Assembly: GCA_965219505.1 (NCBI GenBank)
Contig: OZ244775.1
Coordinates: 2,750,815-2,814,814 of the forward strand
Length of the DNA stretch: 64,000 bases
Origin: Chloroflexota bacterium
Lineage (GTDB): Bacteria > Chloroflexota > UBA11872 > VXOZ01
Reading direction: 5' to 3'
Shown: piece by piece, positions 60,616 through 64,000 of the stretch
Layout: each line of letters begins with the position of its first letter
Numbering within the stretch: position 1 is the stretch's first letter
The notes under the pieces: generated by a model
Told to the model about the DNA's origin: nothing
The model's input: the letters and a program-made list of their open reading frames with translations, nothing else
Database searches by the model: none
Program-made: the position numbers and the translations under genes

Positions 60616-61968
60616 TCAGGACCGTTTCTGGTTCAGGGCATCCATCATATTCCGCAATAGCCGGTTGAACTGTCTCTTGAGGTCATCCAAGTTTCGTCCC
60701 TCATGTTCCATTTGAATGTCCGGTTTTAGGCAAGAGAAAGTCCAAAGACACTTGTTTGCGTCCGTGTCGCTAACCACCCACGCTATGATGTCTTCATCCT
60801 GTTTTCCCTGAAACCTAACAAAGTGAAACAAGAGCTTTGCGGAAATGGATTGCAACGGGTCTGGCCCGGTTGAGTAATCCAAGAGTGGTTGTAAGTTAGG
60901 GGAACTCTTGCAGATTTCAAGCACTCTACCCCCTGTGGTGCGCTCGTAGACACTAAGAAATGTACGTACTTCCCCAAAGGCATCCGACAGAAGCTCTAAC
61001 TTGCTCAGACAGTACTCGAAGAACGGATACAAGGCAAACTCAATGTATTCTTTGACAAGAAACCCTCCATTCGACGGGTGTACAGTCGCACTTGTGAGGG
61101 ATCCCTTGAAGAGTGCGATTTCTTTGTCGATGTCATCAATATCATCGATGGGTTCGCCACGGGCGGCCTTGAGATGAAGGTTGAGCGCGAACTCGCAGCA
61201 CGTGGCGATGTAGTTGATAAATTCCGTTAGGTCCTCGGACTTGTCAGCCTGTTCGAGTTTGTTGAGGTACTCGTTGCGGTTCTCCTGCCGAATCATCGCC
61301 ACGGTGTATCCGTGCTTGATGAGGATCATGTTCATCAACAGCCGGGCCATGCGCCCGTTGCCGTCATCGAAGGGGTGGATACGCACAAAGCGGTAGTGGA
61401 AGGTGGCGGCGACGATTATCGGGTGTTCGCCCCCACGCTCTCTGGCTCGATACCAGTCGATGAGGTCGCTCATCGCTTGCTTCACTTGCGCAGGCGGCGT
61501 GAAGAAATAGGTCTCGCCGGTGGAAGTCCTGACATTGTTGGGTATCGTCTTGTACTCACCAAGTGAAATCGTACGCTCTATCAATTGCCCATCTGGCGTT
61601 TCAGCCTTCGTTTTGTAAGGTTCCTTAAGCAACACTCGGTGAAGATTTCGAATAAAGACCTCGTTGAGTTCTTGGTTATCCTTTACTGCAGCCTCTATTG
61701 ACTGTACAGCGCTGTCGTGTCCCCTAATATCCAGGTGGTCGCGCAATGGCTTACCGTGAGCGGTAAGTCCGTGGAGGATGAGGCTGCGGGTTTCTCCGAG
61801 GGTGAGCGTGTTGCCTTCGATTGCATTGGAGTTAAAATTCGCCTCAAGCCGAAGCTTCTGCTCCACTCGGGCAAGGACGGTTGACGGCAGCGGTCGTAGG
61901 CCGTCAAGCTCTTCCTTGAGCTTGGTGATGGACTCTAGTACATTGACCATTAGAAGCCCCAATTCCAC
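60616..61968 (-). CDS. Fic-family protein (AMPylase/adenylyltransferase) with N-terminal inhibitory helix motif and a ~170-aa C-terminal domain of unknown function
   Basis: Canonical Fic motif HPFDDGNGRMARLL. N-terminal S-N-A-I-E-G matches the (S/T)xxxE(G/N) auto-inhibition motif. Lower-GC region. Confidence 0.8.
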   Translation of the reverse strand: MELGLLMVNVLESITKLKEELDGLRPLPSTVLARVEQKLRLEANFNSNAIEGNTLTLGETRSLILHGLTAHGKPLRDHLDIRGHDSAVQSIEAAVKDNQELNEVFIRNLHRVLLKEPYKTKAETPDGQLIERTISLGEYKTIPNNVRTSTGETYFFTPPAQVKQAMSDLIDWYRARERGGEHPIIVAATFHYRFVRIHPFDDGNGRMARLLMNMILIKHGYTVAMIRQENRNEYLNKLEQADKSEDLTEFINYIATCCEFALNLHLKAARGEPIDDIDDIDKEIALFKGSLTSATVHPSNGGFLVKEYIEFALYPFFEYCLSKLELLSDAFGEVRTFLSVYERTTGGRVLEICKSSPNLQPLLDYSTGPDPLQSISAKLLFHFVRFQGKQDEDIIAWVVSDTDANKCLWTFSCLKPDIQMEHEGRNLDDLKRQFNRLLRNMMDALNQKRS

Positions 61969-62224
61969 TTCTCAAAGGACGCGCCCGTAACTCTCAATTG
62001 CTGCACCCAAGAACAAGCGCGTAACGGACTTCCAAGAAGTCCTCAATTCAATCAGGCTCGGAAATTCCATCTCATTATAAGCCTTGATGTAAGTGGTCCG
62101 CCCATTGAGCCTAAATGAAGCGGTTCGCAAGCCCAAGTACGGGACCCATCCCATTAATTGTCACCGAACCAAGAAACCAGCGGACCCGCAAGTAACTCAA
62201 GGCTAAGTGATAGAGTGCCAGAGT

Positions 62225-62320
62225 CTCTCTAATGCTTGCGCGGACGTAAAGACAGCGGAGCGCAGGTTGCAAACCTGCGCTCCCGGAGTGGAACCGATTG
62301 GAGCCGCTGTCTTTACGCTG
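62225..62320. repeat. Nested perfect hairpins: outer GTAAAGACAGCGG/CCGCTGTCTTTAC enclosing inner GGAGCGCAGG-TTGCAAA-CCTGCGCTCC
   Basis: Intergenic, just downstream of the ABC-2 permease gene. No T-tract on either strand. Confidence 0.5.
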
Positions 62321-62357
62321 ATGCTGTCTTGATGGGGTGGCAAATTGCCTGCTGCCC

Positions 62358-63395
62358 CTAACCACCTTTGGCGCCGGTGATGTCGCGGCGTTGGAACAGC
62401 GCGAACGTCAATGCGCCGAAAACGAGCGTATACCCTGCTAGGACGAGAACGGCGTGAAGGATGTCCGGTTGTGCCGCGTCGCCGCCGCCGTTGATCGATA
62501 TGGAGACCTCACCGTAGCTCGCTTGGAGCACGGTCGTGACGTTGGGGCTCAGCAGGTATTCAGAGATGCGCTGGAACCAGTCGAAGTTGCTGAGGATAGG
62601 AGAGGCCGTGGTCTCGATCAAGTAGTAGACCACGAAAGCGGTGATGCCCAGAGCCGTCGACGAAGTCAACGCCGTGGCGAGCAGCGCCAGCATCACATAG
62701 GGGAGAAAGCTGTAGAGCAGCGTGCCCATCTTGATTGGGACGTCGAGCCACTCAGCAGAGCCCTGCAGAGAGTCACCTTCCAGGCCGAACAACCCTATGA
62801 TGAGGCTGCTTAGCGCGACCGTAGCTGCGGCAACGACCAAGCCGGCAAGCGCTGTCATCATAAGGGCCAAAACCTTTGCCAGCATGAACTGCCAACGGCC
62901 CGTGCCCTTCGTCAGCACCGTCCGCAGCGTGCCCCAGCCGTACTCGCCGCCCAGTGCCGCCGCAGCCAATATGCTGACAAGAATGAACAACGTACCTTGC
63001 AGCAGTGTAAAAGCCAAGAGGATGCTATTCGGCAGTAGGACCGCATGGCGGCTAAAATCGAGTGCTTCCTCATAGCCTTCGCATGTCTGCCGGAACTCCT
63101 CGACGTTCGCGAGCGCACCTTCGCGATGCCTATCGGGAAGCTCATTGATCCCCGCCGGGATGCGGTCGCCGCGCACGTCCTTGCACTCCCAATCCGCCTC
63201 GAAGATTGTCTCGTCGTTTTCGGATATGGAAAAGCTATATTCCGGGGAGAAGGGCTCGGTGCGATGCACCACGTAGGCGCCCCACACTGTCGCTTGCATT
63301 AGAATGACGACAATAGCCAACAGTACCCACGGCAGCAAGCGACGGCGGACTTTGTGCCACTCCCAAACGGAGAGACGGAAGATGTGGGAGATCAT
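62358..63395 (-). CDS. ABC-2-type transporter permease
   Basis: N-terminal TM helix, ~110-aa extracytoplasmic loop, then five TM helices. Start overlaps the stop of the upstream ATPase (ATGA). Confidence 0.7.
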   Translation of the reverse strand: MISHIFRLSVWEWHKVRRRLLPWVLLAIVVILMQATVWGAYVVHRTEPFSPEYSFSISENDETIFEADWECKDVRGDRIPAGINELPDRHREGALANVEEFRQTCEGYEEALDFSRHAVLLPNSILLAFTLLQGTLFILVSILAAAALGGEYGWGTLRTVLTKGTGRWQFMLAKVLALMMTALAGLVVAAATVALSSLIIGLFGLEGDSLQGSAEWLDVPIKMGTLLYSFLPYVMLALLATALTSSTALGITAFVVYYLIETTASPILSNFDWFQRISEYLLSPNVTTVLQASYGEVSISINGGGDAAQPDILHAVLVLAGYTLVFGALTFALFQRRDITGAKGG

Positions 63396-64000
63396 TAGTC
63401 TTCTCCCTCCTCTGCGGTAATCTCAAGGAAGTAGCTCTCCAGGGATTCATTGCCGGATGTCATCTCCGAGATGTAGATGTCGGCTCGGCTCAAAGCGGCA
63501 CTCACCTCCGCTGCACGCTCCGGCGGCGCGGTGACAAATACAAAGCCATCGTCGATTCTTACTTCCTCTACCCAATCCAAGGTTCCCAAAACGGCGACCG
63601 CCTGATCGTTATCGGAAGTTCGCAGGCGAATTTGGCCGCGCCCCTTGAGAAGATCAGCCACCGAGCCCTGCGCGATGAGCTTGCCTTTGGAGAGAATCAC
63701 CACGCTATCGCACACGTGTTCGACCTCGTTGAGCAGGTGACTCGAAAGAAAGACCGTGCGGTCCTCCGTCCCCAAGCTGCGGATCAATTCGCGAATCTCG
63801 GCCATACCGGCTGGGTCCATGCCGTTGGTGGGTTCGTCCAGAAAGAGCAACTCAGGATCGCCCAGCAGCGCGTAGGCCAGTCCCAGGCGCTGCTTCATGC
63901 CGAGGGAATAGGTGTGGAAGCGGTCGTTACCCCTATCCGCTAAGCCGACCCGTTCGAGCAGATCATCGAGTTCTTGCGGGGTACCTCGTCCCAAAATGCC
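63395..64000 (-). CDS. ABC transporter ATP-binding protein (C-terminal portion; gene continues past window end)
   Basis: ABC signature LSLGMKQRL, Walker B LLFLDEPTNGMD, H-loop SSHLL. The N-terminus including Walker A lies beyond 64000. Confidence 0.85.
   Translation of the reverse strand, partial: GILGRGTPQELDDLLERVGLADRGNDRFHTYSLGMKQRLGLAYALLGDPELLFLDEPTNGMDPAGMAEIRELIRSLGTEDRTVFLSSHLLNEVEHVCDSVVILSKGKLIAQGSVADLLKGRGQIRLRTSDNDQAVAVLGTLDWVEEVRIDDGFVFVTAPPERAAEVSAALSRADIYISEMTSGNESLESYFLEITAEEGED

Overview
This is a high-GC (about 62-65%) bacterial chromosomal window; the gene content suggests Chloroflexi or a similar lineage. I could support roughly 45 genes.

The housekeeping backbone includes:
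- a TPP-riboswitch-controlled thiG-thiE-thiS-thiO thiamine operon
- purA, a DsbB-like protein, a phosphofructokinase with an adjacent class-I aldolase, and ispE
- five paralogous Gfo/Idh/MocA oxidoreductases
- two paralogous sugar-type ABC solute-binding lipoproteins with no adjacent permease or ATPase genes
- two tandem cytochrome c lipoproteins, NCS2 and SulP transporters, GNAT duplicates, tRNA-Val(CAC), and an ABC-2 exporter at the 3' edge

Interspersed are three compositionally distinct (lower-GC) patches that look horizontally acquired:
1. 23.0-26.0 kb: a giant lipoprotein that fuses TolB-like beta-propeller repeats to plant-type leucine-rich repeats.
2. 46.1-48.9 kb: a 795-aa protein with two N-terminal nucleoside-2-deoxyribosyltransferase/TIR-like Rossmann domains fused to a NACHT/STAND-like P-loop NTPase. 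I read this as a candidate bacterial NLR-like antiphage protein. Its left boundary is marked by a duplicated pseudogenised 3' end of ispE that brackets an inserted sulfatase-like + GMC oxidoreductase gene pair.
3. 59.7-62.2 kb: an MntA/HepT (nucleotidyltransferase/HEPN) toxin-antitoxin pair next to a Fic (AMPylase) protein.

Other notable items:
- a TIMP/NTR-like secreted protein
- a K+ channel gene interrupted by an in-frame TAG
- a sulfatase-family enzyme with Thr at the formylglycine position
- a LamG domain split by a 7-blade repeat insertion
- a ThiS extended past its Gly-Gly terminus
- an IS110-family element and an IS4/IS1380-type transposase remnant
- a 220-bp MITE-like element present twice
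- two families of REP-like palindromic repeats, including a 48-bp tandem array

Several long ORFs antisense to high-GC genes were judged spurious.
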